64,000 nucleotides of DNA from an uncultured Planctomycetaceae bacterium. GTDB lineage: Bacteria; Planctomycetota; Planctomycetia; Planctomycetales; Planctomycetaceae. Positions 52,807-63,922 of the stretch are shown here, in pieces. Below the pieces are notes generated by a model. It made no database searches and had not been told where the DNA came from. It saw nothing but the letters and a program-made list of their open reading frames with translations. Location of the stretch: assembly GCA_963815195.1 (NCBI GenBank), contig CAWFGE010000012.1, positions 32,001-96,000 of the forward strand. The letters run 5' to 3'. The translations under genes and the position numbers were made by a program. The stretch's first letter is position 1, and every line of letters starts with the position of its first letter.

Positions 52807-53318
52807 CTACGCAGGCCGCTTCGGGGGGGCGAATTTGATCTTTTCGATGTAGCGGACGAGCTTCAAGTCGCCGTCGGCGGTTTGCTGCATCCGGCCGGTG
52901 CAGGCGCTGACCGCCTGGATGGTGTAGCGGTAGTGGAGGTTGTAGTCGGCTTCGATCTCGGCTTCGATGTTTTTGGTGAGGTCGCTGCCGGGACGCCCGA
53001 TGGTTTGCAGGACTTCGCTATTGAGGCGGGCGAACGCCTGGTCGCCCGCGCCGAAGTGCTTGTTGTTATAGAGCACGTCTTTGAGCGTGCCGTCGGTATT
53101 GGCCAGAAGACGGACGCTGATGGGCGGGATGATCACCTTGTCCGGCGGCGGGGGCGGCGGGACTGGCCGAGGGGCATATTGATATTAAAGTCGCCTTCGG
53201 GCGAAGTGATCTTCAAGGTCAGCATGAAGAAGATCAAAAGCTGGAACACGACGTCGATCATGGGAGCCATTTGAGGCTCGATTTTTTCGTTTTTCTTGCC
53301 GGTGCCGCGAACGTTCAT
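52807..53318 (-). CDS. exbD: ExbD/TolR family protein, duplicate copy (apparent frameshift in a C-rich run near 53150)
   Basis: MAPMIDVVFQLLIFFML; near-identical to 53375-53887; one added C rejoins ORFs 53133-53318 and 52807-53136. Confidence 0.8.
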
Positions 53319-53374
53319 GGCAGTGTCCCCGATTGGGCGATGCGGTTGGGTCCCCGGGCGTCAAATCTTTGAAA

Positions 53375-53887
53375 CTATGTAGGCCGTTTCGGCGGGGCGA
53401 ATTTGATCTTTTCGATGTAGCGGACGAGCTTCAAGTCGCCGTCGGCCGTTTGCTGCATCCGGCCGGTGCAGGCGCTGACCGCCTGGATGGTGTAGCGGTA
53501 GTGGAGGTTGTAGTCGGCTTCGATCTCGGCTTCGATGTTTTTGGTGAGGTCGCTGCCGGGACGCCCGATGGTTTTCAAGATTTCGCTGCTCAAACGGGCG
53601 AACGCCTGATCGCCCGCGCCGAAGTGCTTGTTGTTGTTATAGACCACGTCTTTGAGCGTGCCGTCTGTGTTGGCGAGCAGGCGGACGCTGATCGGCGGGA
53701 TGTTCACCGGCGGGGGCGCGGACGACGAGGACTGGCCGAGGGGCATGTTGATGTTGAAGTCGCCTTCGGGCGCGGTGATCTTCAACGTCAGCATGAAGAA
53801 GATCAAAAGCTGGAACACGACGTCGATCATGGGAGCCATTTGAGGCTCGATTTTTTCGTTTTTCTTGCCGGTGCCGCGAACTTTCAT
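53375..53887 (-). CDS. exbD: ExbD/TolR family protein
   Basis: MAPMIDVVFQLLIFFM TM with conserved Asp; IEAD motif. Confidence 0.9.
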   Translation of the reverse strand: MKVRGTGKKNEKIEPQMAPMIDVVFQLLIFFMLTLKITAPEGDFNINMPLGQSSSSAPPPVNIPPISVRLLANTDGTLKDVVYNNNKHFGAGDQAFARLSSEILKTIGRPGSDLTKNIEAEIEADYNLHYRYTIQAVSACTGRMQQTADGDLKLVRYIEKIKFAPPKRPT

Positions 53888-53951
53888 GGCTGTGTCCCGA
53901 GAGGCTGAAGTCGTCTGGTGGGGTCAGGTAACGAGGGCCGAGCGGCTGGCC

Positions 53952-54440
53952 TTATCCGTCGGTGGATTCCTGCTTGGCTCTGAGGTCGAATTTCTCAAAG
54001 CCCGCTTCCTGGCAGGTCTTCATGAGTTCCTGGATTTTCCCCGTGGGGACCTCGGCGTCGGCGCGGAAAATTACCGTGACCTCCGCGCGTTTGACGCCTT
54101 TCGTTTTTTCGAAGTTCTCGGCTTCGAAATCGAGGCTCTCTCGAATTCTCTTATCCCCCAGCGGGATTTGGTCGCCGGCGTAGAACAACATCGGTATGCC
54201 CGCGCCGACAAGGTAGCCCTCGGCGTTGCGATTGAAGCCGATGTTCAACACGAGCTCGTTGTCCCGTTTGTTCTTCGCGGGGCGGGCCAACTGGTCGGCG
54301 GGGAGCTTGACGCGTTCGTCGGCCTGGGTCTGCTCGAAGTTGGTGATGACCATGAAGAACGCGATCAACTGGAACACGATATCGATCATCGGCGTCATGT
54401 CCACTTCGGCCACCGCCGGATCGGTCTTTTGGAATTTCAT
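53952..54440 (-). CDS. exbD: ExbD/TolR family protein
   Basis: DMTPMIDIVFQLIAFFMV, VIFRADAEV..CQEAGF. Confidence 0.92.
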   Translation of the reverse strand: MKFQKTDPAVAEVDMTPMIDIVFQLIAFFMVITNFEQTQADERVKLPADQLARPAKNKRDNELVLNIGFNRNAEGYLVGAGIPMLFYAGDQIPLGDKRIRESLDFEAENFEKTKGVKRAEVTVIFRADAEVPTGKIQELMKTCQEAGFEKFDLRAKQESTDG

Positions 54441-54466
54441 AGCGGGAATCTCTTGGCGAAAAACAC

Positions 54467-54515
54467 CCAAGCCGACCGCTTGCGGTCGGTGTTCGACGCC
54501 AAGGCGTCGGCTTGG
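54467..54515. other. Branched hairpin between exbB and exbD
   Basis: CCAAGCCGAC..GTCGGCTTGG outer arms enclosing CCGACCGC-TT-GCGGTCGG and CGACGCC-AA-GGCGTCG. Confidence 0.55.
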
Positions 54516-54528
54516 GAAGTGGGGTTGA

Positions 54529-55374
54529 CTAGTCTTGTTTCTGGGCGGGGGCGGCTTGGGGGGCGCCGCCGGCGGTTTTCTTGCCCATGGTCGAGAACCG
54601 GCTCATCAGGCCTTCGCTGATCATGCCGACTTCGAGCACGAAGCGGGCGACGCGGTTCCGGAGCAGGCTGTAAAACACCATCGCGGGGATGGCGACGGCC
54701 AGCCCTTCGATCGTGGTGAACAGGGCCGTCGAAATCCCGTCGGCCAGTTCTTTGGGCTTCGGCGCCACGGGCGAGTTGGCGATGACGCGGAAGCTGGCGA
54801 TCATCCCGTACACGGTGCCCATCAGCCCGAGCATGGGAGCGACGGTGCCGATGAGGGCCAGGTAGCTCAGCCGATGTTCGAGGGCCATGTTTTCGTCTTC
54901 GCCGACTTCCTGCATGCCTTCGATGGCTTCGTCGTAGCCGCGGTTGAGCTTGCTGAGCCCGGCGGCGAGGACGCGGGCCACGAAGGAATCGTCGGCCTTC
55001 GCCGATTCGTAGGCTCCCTGGTAATCCTTTTGGGCCAGCCGCTCCTCGAAGCCTTCGATGAACGCCGGCGGGAGGAGGTTATCCCGGCGGACCTGGAGGA
55101 CGTTCATCATGATGAGGGCCACCATAATGAACGAGAGCAACAGCAGCACGAACCCGAAGATCCCCGACGCTTGGATCATCCACATCAAAAAGCTCTGCTC
55201 GCTGGCGGCGGTCTCTTTCGCGTCGCCGGTCTTGGCGGCCTCCTCGGTTTGGGCGGCGGCGGGCGACGGGGCCAGCGCGGTGAAGGTGAAGGTCACGATG
55301 CCGGCCAAGAGCACGAGGCTCAAAACGCGCGACCAGGTGGGGGCCGGGTTGAAGGGGGATAGTCCTCGCAACAT
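54529..55374 (-). CDS. exbB: MotA/TolQ/ExbB proton channel family protein with signal-peptide-like N-terminus
   Basis: LIGTVAPMLGLMGTVYGMI, GISTALFTTIEGLAVAIP; SD-like GGAG before ATG 55374. Confidence 0.92.
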   Translation of the reverse strand: MLRGLSPFNPAPTWSRVLSLVLLAGIVTFTFTALAPSPAAAQTEEAAKTGDAKETAASEQSFLMWMIQASGIFGFVLLLLSFIMVALIMMNVLQVRRDNLLPPAFIEGFEERLAQKDYQGAYESAKADDSFVARVLAAGLSKLNRGYDEAIEGMQEVGEDENMALEHRLSYLALIGTVAPMLGLMGTVYGMIASFRVIANSPVAPKPKELADGISTALFTTIEGLAVAIPAMVFYSLLRNRVARFVLEVGMISEGLMSRFSTMGKKTAGGAPQAAPAQKQD

Positions 55375-55579
55375 GGTTTTTCTCCAGTGATTGATCTGTG
55401 GGGCCGATGGGGTGGTTGAGCGGCGCGCCGGCCGGCTCGGTTCAATCAACAAGCCCGCTTGTGTGGTGGTCCAAGGATGGGAAATTTCATTCTAAATTCC
55501 GCACGATCGAGAATCCAGAGTTTTGAAATTCGATATTGAAAATTTGCGCGTCGAACGAATGCTTCCTGCGATTGCCGGC

Positions 55580-56632
55580 TTACCCGCCGGCGAGCTTTTT
55601 GGCCCATTCGCTGTTGGGGTAGTCGGTGGCGAGCTTCGCGCGGGCGTCGGCGGCGCGGCCCGGCTGGGCGACTTCGGTCCAAAGGCTCGCCAAGTGGTAG
55701 AGCGCCTCGGCGTGGAGGTCCTTCTCGCTCGAAAACAGCACGTCCACGTGCAGATACGCCAGGAGCGCATCTTTCTTCTGGCCCGCGGCGAGGAGGTTGT
55801 CCCCTTTGCGGAGGTAGGCCTCGGCCATCGTCTTCGCATCGGTCGCCGGGGCCTGTTTGATGATCTGATCGAGTTCCGAAGCGGCTTTTTCAAACTGGTT
55901 CTGCCGCTGATAGCAGGTCGCCATCCCCAAGCGGGCTTCGAACTGGCGGGATTTCTCGGCGTCGGTCTTGGCGGGCTGGTTGGCGACCGTCTGGAACAAA
56001 GTCTGGGCCTGTGCGAGGCTGTCTTTCTTCAAAAACAGCCGACCCTCGGCGATCTTCGCGGCCATCTTGTAATCGTCCCAGGGAGCCTGCTCCAACTGTT
56101 TGAACGCGGGCTCGGCGTTGGCGAAGTCGCCCTTGGTCATGTAGGTGTCGCCCAACAGCATCAGTGTGTCGTAATAGCGGAAGGTGTTGGCGTGGGCGTT
56201 GCGGTAGGCGTCCAGCTTTTGAATCGCCTCGTCCAGTTTGCCGGGATCGGCCTTGGCCATTTTGGCCGTCACGCGGGCGATGAGGAACTCGAGGTCGGTC
56301 TTGAGGTCCGTCTGCTTGGCGTCCGCTTCGCCTTGGGCTTTTTGATAGTCATCCAAGGCTTTCTGCAGCTGGCCGGCGGCTTCGGCGCTTCTGGCGGTTT
56401 TGAGCCCGGGCGGTTCGCCGTCCCATTCCACGCGGGCCACGTCGTTCGCGGGCACGCGTTCTTCCTTGCCGCCGAGCCCGGCCATCACCAGTTCGGTCGG
56501 GGACTGCGACTTGAGTTCGTTGCCGACGCGGGACGCATTGCTTTTGCGAAACACAATATCCGCAGACCAGGCCGAGGCCACGGGAGCCAAGGCGACGGCG
56601 AACGTCAGCAACAATCGGGCGAAATTCCTCAT
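55580..56632 (-). CDS. Secreted TPR protein
   Basis: Signal peptide ASAWSA|D; helical TPR-like repeats; AEAYLRKG, LLAYLHVDVLF, AEALY, YPNSEWA. Confidence 0.8.
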   Translation of the reverse strand: MRNFARLLLTFAVALAPVASAWSADIVFRKSNASRVGNELKSQSPTELVMAGLGGKEERVPANDVARVEWDGEPPGLKTARSAEAAGQLQKALDDYQKAQGEADAKQTDLKTDLEFLIARVTAKMAKADPGKLDEAIQKLDAYRNAHANTFRYYDTLMLLGDTYMTKGDFANAEPAFKQLEQAPWDDYKMAAKIAEGRLFLKKDSLAQAQTLFQTVANQPAKTDAEKSRQFEARLGMATCYQRQNQFEKAASELDQIIKQAPATDAKTMAEAYLRKGDNLLAAGQKKDALLAYLHVDVLFSSEKDLHAEALYHLASLWTEVAQPGRAADARAKLATDYPNSEWAKKLAGG

Positions 56633-56699
56633 CGATGAACAACTCCTCCGCCAACGGGCGGGCTGATTGAAATGATTTACGAGTTCGGGTCTTTATGGC

Positions 56700-56772
56700 G
56701 AGCGTGGGGCGTCAGCCCGATGATCCGATCCTTTCGCAACCGTGGTCATCATGGGGCTGACGCCCCACGCTC
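56700..56772. repeat. REP-like perfect 19-bp inverted repeat
   Basis: GAGCGTGGGGCGTCAGCCC (56700-56718) / GGGCTGACGCCCCACGCTC (56754-56772). Confidence 0.8.
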
Positions 56773-56781
56773 ACCTTTTCT

Positions 56782-59700
56782 TTATTCCGAAGGCCGGGGT
56801 TTGGGTTTTGGCTTGGGTTTGGGCGGTTCTCCCGCGGCTTGCGGGGCCGGGCGTTTTTTGGGCGTCGGTTTCTGGCGCGGCGCTTCGCCGGTTGAAGCGT
56901 CCGCGGTTTGCGGGCGCGGGCGGGTTCCGGCGGCGGATTTTTTCGCGGGCCGGCTTTGACTCGATCGCCTCGGCCTTGGCGATTCATCCGCGGCTCCGAA
57001 TCCTTCGCCGGGGAAGGTGATGGTCTCATCGCCCCCCATCGGCCCGGAGCCGTAGGTCACGCGGATCGGCTTTTTCTTTTGGGCCCCCATCATCAAATAC
57101 ACCGCGCCCCCCGTGCCGGCGAGCGCCAGCAAGAACCCGAGAATCACCCAGGTCATGCTGACCGTGGGCGGTTCGACCGCCGTGTCGGTTTTCTTCTTTT
57201 TGTCATCCGGTCCTCCCGGACCGGCCACGGCGACGACCGAGGGGCGTTCGAGCCAGGTCAGGTTTGCATCCACGTTGGTTGTGTCGTGCGGGATGTCCGG
57301 GGGCGGAACGACCGGGTCCTTCACCAGCGGATTCAAATCCGTTTGGATGGTCTTGTACATCGCGTTGAACTTGTTCCACCACTCGTTATTGATGTCATCC
57401 TTGGGAATGATTCGCGTGAGGTTGGATGTCTCGATCTTCGCGGCCTCCAGGGCTTTGGTTTTCTCGGTGGTGCTGCTCTGGATTTGGGCATATTTGTACC
57501 GCGATTCCGAAACGTGATACAGCACGTCCAACAGCCGGGCGTAGGTCGCCGTCTCCTTGGCTTCTTCGCCGGCGAGCTGCTGCGCGATGAGGGCTTTCTT
57601 TTCTTCGAGTTTGGCCTGAAGTTCCGCATCGTCGAGCGGCAGCTCCGCGAGCGGCGTCTGGATGTCGCCCCGCACCAGGAGGTACACGGTCCAGGCATTG
57701 ACCGCGTTTCTGAGCGTCTTGAGTTCCTGCTGGAGTTCCTTCTTCGTGGGCCGCTTGCCGGCTTTGGCGAGCGCGTCCATCTCGTCGCGGACTTTTTCCA
57801 TGCGTTCCTGGGTGATGCCTTCGGGTTTCACGGCGTCGATCTCGGCCTTCAGCTCTTCGATGTGCTCCGGGGCACCGCCGCTCGCCGAAACTTTTTTGAG
57901 CCCGGCCAGCTCATCCTGCAAGAGGAGAGACAGTTTTTCCCGCGTGCCGATCAGCTTTTGGCCCGTCCGGTAGGCCGGGGGCAGGGAGATCCTTTTCCGT
58001 TTCCATTTCGGCCAGCTGCTTTTCGATGGCGGCGATTCGCGCTTTCGATTTGTCGTCCGTTTTCCCCTGGAGGTCGGCGAGTTCTTTTTGGAGGTCTTTT
58101 TTGATCTTGTCGAAGTTTTCGAAATACTTCGAAATCGACCATGTGGCTGAGCGTGCGGTTGATCTCTTCGATGCGGTCGAGCGATTTGGCCTTGTCGGGT
58201 TTGTTGCCGGCGGCTTCCAGGGCCTTCTGCTCCAGGCGGAGCGCGAGCCAGGTCTTGGTCGCGGTCAATGCATCGGTGACGAGGGCGAGGCGCTCCTCGG
58301 CGGCTTTCACGTCTTCCGAGGCGGCGGCTCCCGCGGCTTTGGCGGCTTCGAGTTGGGATTCGCGATCGGCCTTTTCGGCCAGGGTGTTTTGGTAGGCGAT
58401 GATCTTTTCCTCGTCCAGCCGCAGGGATTGCACCTGCTTGCGAACCGGGCGGAGTTGGTTGATCAACTGGTTGGACATCCCGCCCCAGCCCCAGAGTCCG
58501 CGGGGCTCGGCGTCGTTTTGGCCGGGAAGCTTCATCCCTTGAATGGCCGCGATCAGCATTTGCGGAGAATCGGGCCGGCCCGCAGCTCCCCAAGCCTGCA
58601 GGGTTTCGGCGGCTTCGATCTGAACATCGAGCGAACGCGGATGGTCCTTGAGCACGGATTTGAGAATGTCCAAGGCCTTCTGGTAATCGCCCGCGCTCCG
58701 GCTGGTGTTCGCCAGACGGACTTTAATGCCGGTGAGCCATTTGGGGGTCTCGGCTTCTTTTTGGGCGCGGTCCAGAATCGCCTGGTAGCATTCCTCGGCC
58801 TTTTTGAAGTACTCGGCGGAATTCGAGCCGGGGGCATCTTTGAGGCTGATTCCCAGGTTCAAAAAGGTTTCCGCCATCCATTGCAGCGAGCCGTAGGACA
58901 TATCGGCCTTTTTGTCGAGAAGGGCGTTCAAAAAGGTGCTGAAGGACGCCAGGATCGCATCCAGGCGGTCTTTCGGACCTTGGGCCTGGAGGCGTTCGAT
59001 TTCGGAGCGAATCTGCTTGCCGAGTTCCACGTAAGTCCTGGTCAGATCGTCGGCGTTCTCTTTGCCGACGACGTTTTCCAAATCGTCCATGGCTTTGAGG
59101 GCTTCGCCGGTTTGCTGTTTGCCGACGTAAGCCCTGAGGAGCACCTGATAGACGAGCCGGGCGAAGTTCTGGCTTTTGACGCCGCGTTCCGGGCGCTGTT
59201 CGCCTTCCTGAATTTTCACGGCTTCGAGCGGCGGATGGTGGTATTTCTTGCCGTCGGTGAGGTACACAATCGCCGCATCGTAGTTTTGCTCGTTGGCAAA
59301 AATTTGGGCCAACGTGACGCGGGCGGCGATGAGGTCGGTCGCATTTTCCACGGAGGCGTCTTCGGGGACGTCCGTGTTCATAATGTCGATGCCCTCGGAC
59401 AGGAACTTTTTCGAGTTTTCCTGCCAGGCTTTGAGTTCATCCGCCGTGGGGCGTTTGTCCTCCGGCAGGACGGCGTTTTTGAGATATGCGTTCCAGTAGG
59501 CCTGCCCCGCGGAGACTTTCGCCTCGCCTTTCTTATCGGACGAGGTGACCTGGGTGAACCACTTGGCGGCTTCGACGGGCTTGTCGCGGCGGCTATAGAT
59601 TTTGCCCAGGAGCATCCGCGAGGTGTCCGCCAAACCGCTGCCGGGCCATTTCTGGGTAATGCCCTCGCAGACGCGGACCATTTGATCGAGCTCGAATTTG

Positions 59701-61348
59701 ACCTCCGCCGCGCTGCCGTCCGCCTGGCTCTCTTTCATCTGCGCGTTGTAAGCCTGGTTGTAGGCCCCCAAGGCGATGTTGGCGGCTTGCTGGGCCATCT
59801 TGGGATCGTCGTCCGCGAAATGGTTCGCGAGGAATTCCCCGATGACGCCCGCCTCGAGATTCCGTTCGAGCTTGTAATAGATGTAAGCCAGCCAGAACCG
59901 GTCCTTGTTGATGAGGGCGATGTCGGTTTTCTCCGTGGCCAGCTTGAGGCCCAGGCTCAAAATCCGGGCGGTTTCGTTGAGGTGGGCGTTGAGCGCCTCC
60001 TTGCGGTTCGCGGTTTCCTGTTTGGTCTTGGCCGCTTGCACGTCGTTTTCCAGGCCTTCGATTTCCTGCACGAGATTGTCCGCCCGCACCAGGGCTTCCT
60101 CGATCGTTCTGGGATCGCCTTCGGACACCCCCAGCTTGCCCTTGATCCGCGAAACCATGAACTGCGACGGCCCGCGGTATTGCCCGGCGTATTGGGTGAC
60201 CTGCTGGGCTTCGTTGATCGCCAGCCGCAGGTTGCTCTCGATGTCTTTTTTGGGTTCGAGCGGGGGTTCGGTCTTGTCGCGCTCGGCCTTGTTCTTGGCG
60301 GCTTCGTAGTCCTTCTTGAGCTTTGCGGCGAGCTTCTCGTGGGCGACGGCTTTCTCGTAGCGAATCCCCAGCCCAATGGTCGTGCCGCCTTCTTTGCGGT
60401 GCATCTGCAGCCACTGCCCCGCCTCGTTGATGACGAGTTGATAATCCTTCCGCTCGTCGTGGTTCAAACAGATCAAGCGGAACTGGAGCACCTGGTTCTG
60501 GACGTTCTGCATCGCCGACGACTTGCCGGGATGTCCCAAGAGTTCGTTATAGATCCCGAGGGCCTTGCCGATGTCGTTTTGCTCCTCGAAGCATTTGCCC
60601 TGCCACATGCGGGCGTAAAGTCCGCCGACGATGCTGCGGTATTTCTCGTGGATGGCCTTAAACTCGTCGGCCGCCTTGTTGAGGAGGTTTTTGAACTCCT
60701 GCGAGTCCGCGGGGTAGGTTTGGGCTTCTTCGTAAGTGCACAGGGCCAAATCGATCTGGGCCCGCATGAAGTCGATTTCCGACTTGCCGCGGGCTTCGAG
60801 TTTCAATTTCTCCGCGGGATCGATATAGACGCCGAATTTTTCGAAGACCGCCTTGTGCTGATCGTGGGCGGTTTGAAACGTCTGGCGGGCTTTGGCCAGT
60901 AGGCGCGGGCTTCCAGGCGGAACTTTTCGCTGTTTTGCTCGTTGGCGGGGGATTCCGACTCCCAGATTTTCACGCGGGCTTTCTCGATGAGAATCCGGGC
61001 CTGCTCGGTGTTGGCTTTGGCGGCGAGCGGGTGATTGGGATTCGCCCGCGTGAAGGCGTCCAACTGGGCGACGGCCCGGTCGAGTTGCTCGGCCCGGACT
61101 TCGGGGTTGTTGATCGTCCGCGCGCCGTCCAAGAGCGTAATCGCCCGCTCGTAAGGAATCACCTGCTTGATCTCCGCCGGCAGATCGCTGCGTTCCTCGA
61201 GCTTGTCCAGATAATAGAGGGCGAAGTCGTAATAGCCCCGGCTTCTGAGGCCTTCCAGGAATTGTTCGGGCTGCTCTTCGCCTCGCGCCAGCGTCCCCGG
61301 CGAAAACAACGCACCCAAAATCACAACACAAATGAGTTTCCGGCTCAT
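56782..61348 (-). CDS. Very large (~1500 aa) secreted TPR/helical-repeat protein with coiled coil and C-terminal TM anchor; three apparent frameshifts (about 60905, 58130 and 57985)
   Basis: Start MSRKLICVVILGALF signal peptide (ORF 60803-61468), continues in 57951-61331, bridged by a frame reading KYFENFDKIKKDLQKELADLQ, ends in 56782-58593 with TM WVILGFLLALAGTGGAVYLMM and a basic Pro-rich tail. Confidence 0.7.
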
Positions 61349-61674
61349 GGATTCGCTTCCGTTTGGAGGGTTCATTCCCGTCCTGTCGCTATGGGACGGT
61401 GATTGGGCCAGAAAGGTGGGAGGCGAAAACGCCCCCGCCCCCAACACGCAGGGCATTGTGGCTGGCAATCACCAGAATTGTCGAAGTGACCTGACTGGGA
61501 TTGTTTAGGGCGGCCCATAGAAAAATCGAATGGAATCGGTTTGCTCTCTTTTCAGCATATCCGGCTTTACGTCAAGACGCAACAAAAACAACGGGGAAAA
61601 CCCTTAGTTATCGTACAAGGAAAAAGATCTCCGAAACAAGGGCCGAAATACCGCGGTGGGTCAAGGATCAGAAA

Positions 61675-61766
61675 GCGAGCGGGAGGCGCAAGCCTCCCGG
61701 TTTCGTGGAGTTTTGGGCTGATCAACGTCACCGGGAAGCTCCTACCGGCTCACACCTCCCGCTCGC
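61675..61766. repeat. REP-like inverted repeat
   Basis: GCGAGCGGGAGG / CCTCCCGCTCGC outer arms, internal GGGAGGC..GCCTCCC; architecture like the 56700 element. Confidence 0.65.
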
Positions 61767-62047
61767 CGGTCTTTGGTTCTCAGGCGAAAACGTCCAAGAT
61801 GATTTTGCCGACGTTGACGGTGACGACCTCTTCTGCAAATCGTTTGGGACGGATGGGCCGATCGATCGCGGCAGCGCCTTGGACGATCGCAACGAACAGA
61901 ACTCGCGCGGTCCAATCCCGCGAAAATCCGGCGGTTTGGGCAAAATGCGGCAAGATTGACGGCGGGATTTCCGATAGAGAGAAGCAAGCCACGACATTTT
62001 TGCGCCTGAGATCATTGATTCCGGCTTCTTGTGTCCTCGAGAATATT

Positions 62048-62767
62048 ATGCTGATCCCTCCCCAAGAATCTCTCTCTGTGATGTTTTCCCCCTCCGACGT
62101 GAATTCGCCCGGCGAACATTCCCCAGCCACCTATTGCGGATTGACCGCGACGGAATGGCGGCGGCGGCTTTGGCACTCCGCACCGGGGGTGTTGCCGTTC
62201 GCGTTGTGGGCGGTGCCGCACCGCGATCCCTTGTCCCCGACGCTGGAAATCGTGCTGTTTTCGTTGGTGTGCCTTTTTGCGGCGCACGTGTTTTTCCGGT
62301 ATCGCCTGATCGAGCGCCGCCAAGACGGGAAACGCGCGAGCGCGGTGCTCGGCTATGCGCTTTCGGTGCTTTTGACGCTCTTGATTTTCCCGGAACACGT
62401 CGAATTGGGGCTGACGGTGCTCGCGGTGCTTGCGTTTGGCGACGGGTCGGCTACAGTGGTCGGATTGATGTTCGGCGGTCCGAAGCTGCCTTGGAATCCG
62501 CACAAAACCTGGTCCGGTTTTGCCGGTTTTCTGGCCGTGGGGATTCCCGTCGCTTCGGTGATCTATTGGGGGGAGACGCAGTTTAATCCGGAATCGTTGG
62601 AATACCAAAGCGTCCCGTTCACGACGGCCCTGTATTGTGCGGGGGCCGCCGTGATGCTCGCGGCGATTGCGGAATCCCTGCCTTCGCGCATCAACGACAA
62701 CATCCGCGTCGGTGCCGCCGCCGCTGTGGGCGTCGTGAGCATGCATGCCCTCTTGCTGGGTTTGTGA
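62048..62767 (+). CDS. Polyprenol (phytol/dolichol) kinase-like, CTP-dependent membrane protein
   Basis: RRRLWH, AFGDGSATVVG, KLPWNPHKTWSG, AESL..NDN; start uncertain (62048 or 62081). Confidence 0.75.
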   Translation: MLIPPQESLSVMFSPSDVNSPGEHSPATYCGLTATEWRRRLWHSAPGVLPFALWAVPHRDPLSPTLEIVLFSLVCLFAAHVFFRYRLIERRQDGKRASAVLGYALSVLLTLLIFPEHVELGLTVLAVLAFGDGSATVVGLMFGGPKLPWNPHKTWSGFAGFLAVGIPVASVIYWGETQFNPESLEYQSVPFTTALYCAGAAVMLAAIAESLPSRINDNIRVGAAAAVGVVSMHALLLGL

Positions 62768-62971
62768 GGTTTCACGAATCCGGAAAACGAGGCGGGCGGA
62801 ACAACCTGCGGAGGGTGCCCGCCTCGGCCCCACGATTTTTGGGAATGGTCAAAACCCTCGCGAATGCGAACAATGGTGGAAACGAAATCAACTCAGGCGA
62901 CCGCGAGTCATCAGCCGGCTGACGCCGGGCGCTCGCCCAAACTCGCTGCCCCGTATCGTCAGAACAAACCC

Positions 62972-63922
62972 ATGCCGCTGTTGGAAGTCAAAAACCTCCG
63001 AAAGTCTTACGGATCCCTGGTGGCGGTGGACGGCGTCCGCTTTGAGATTCAGGCGGGAGAAGTCTTCGGACTCTTGGGGCCGAACGGCGCGGGCAAATCC
63101 ACGACGATGCTGATGATTGCCGGCCTGGTTCCCTGCGATTCGGGCTCGATTTATCTCGACGGCAAAGAGTTCGACCCCAGGAACCCCGCCATGCGGTCTC
63201 AACTCGGCGTCGTCCCGCAGGACCTGGCGATCTATCCCGAATTGACGGCGACCGAGAACCTGCACTTCTTCGGCCGGCTGTATGGCATCAAAGGCGGCAT
63301 TCTGGCCGAACGCACCGCGGCCGCACTCGATCGGGTGGGGCTCACCTCGCGGGCGGACGATCCCGCGGCCACGTTTTCCGGTGGGATGAAACGCCGATTG
63401 AACTTCGCCTGCGCGCTTTTGCATCACCCGCGACTGCTGATTTTGGACGAGCCGACCGTCGGCGTCGATCCGCAATCCCGGTCGCATTTGCTCCAGTGCG
63501 TGCGGGATCTCAATACCGAGGGCGTCGCGGTGATCTACGCCAGCCATTACATGGAAGAAGTCCAGACGATCTGCGAACGCGTCGCGATTATGGACCACGG
63601 CAAAATCCTGGCGATGGACACATTGAGCGCGCTCCTCGGCCGGATGAGCGCCGACTTGAGCCTGCGGATTTCCAAGCCGCCGTCCAATGTCGCCCGCCAA
63701 CTCTCGCAGCTTGTGGAAGTCCAGCCCGCGCAAGATGACGCGGACGAAGTGGACCTGCTCGTGTCCAAAGATCAGCAAGGCGACGAGAAAACCTTCGAGA
63801 CCCTCTCGAAAGTCACCAACCTGCTGACGGAAACCGGCGTCAAGCTCCACGCCGTCAAAACCCACGAACCCAACCTGGAGCGGTTGTTCCTCCAACTCAC
63901 CGGCACCCGCCTGCGGGATTGA
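62972..63922 (+). CDS. ABC-2 type exporter ATP-binding protein
   Basis: GPNGAGKST, FSGGMKRR, LDEPTVGVDPQSR, SHYMEE, PNLERLFLQLTG. Confidence 0.93.
   Translation: MPLLEVKNLRKSYGSLVAVDGVRFEIQAGEVFGLLGPNGAGKSTTMLMIAGLVPCDSGSIYLDGKEFDPRNPAMRSQLGVVPQDLAIYPELTATENLHFFGRLYGIKGGILAERTAAALDRVGLTSRADDPAATFSGGMKRRLNFACALLHHPRLLILDEPTVGVDPQSRSHLLQCVRDLNTEGVAVIYASHYMEEVQTICERVAIMDHGKILAMDTLSALLGRMSADLSLRISKPPSNVARQLSQLVEVQPAQDDADEVDLLVSKDQQGDEKTFETLSKVTNLLTETGVKLHAVKTHEPNLERLFLQLTGTRLRD

Noticed and set aside
58026..60902. 958-aa plus-strand ORF, and similar long antisense ORFs (387-1808, 10194-12032, 16675-18330, 34193-35965, 39619-42213)
   Set aside because: Shadow frames opposite well-supported genes, expected in high-GC DNA; no recognisable motifs
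61541..62047. Long N-terminal extension of the kinase-like ORF (also upstream extensions at 423, 37079, 44522, 46172 and 49891)
   Set aside because: Extensions run through REP or intergenic DNA or overlap upstream genes; internal ATGs fit family starts better
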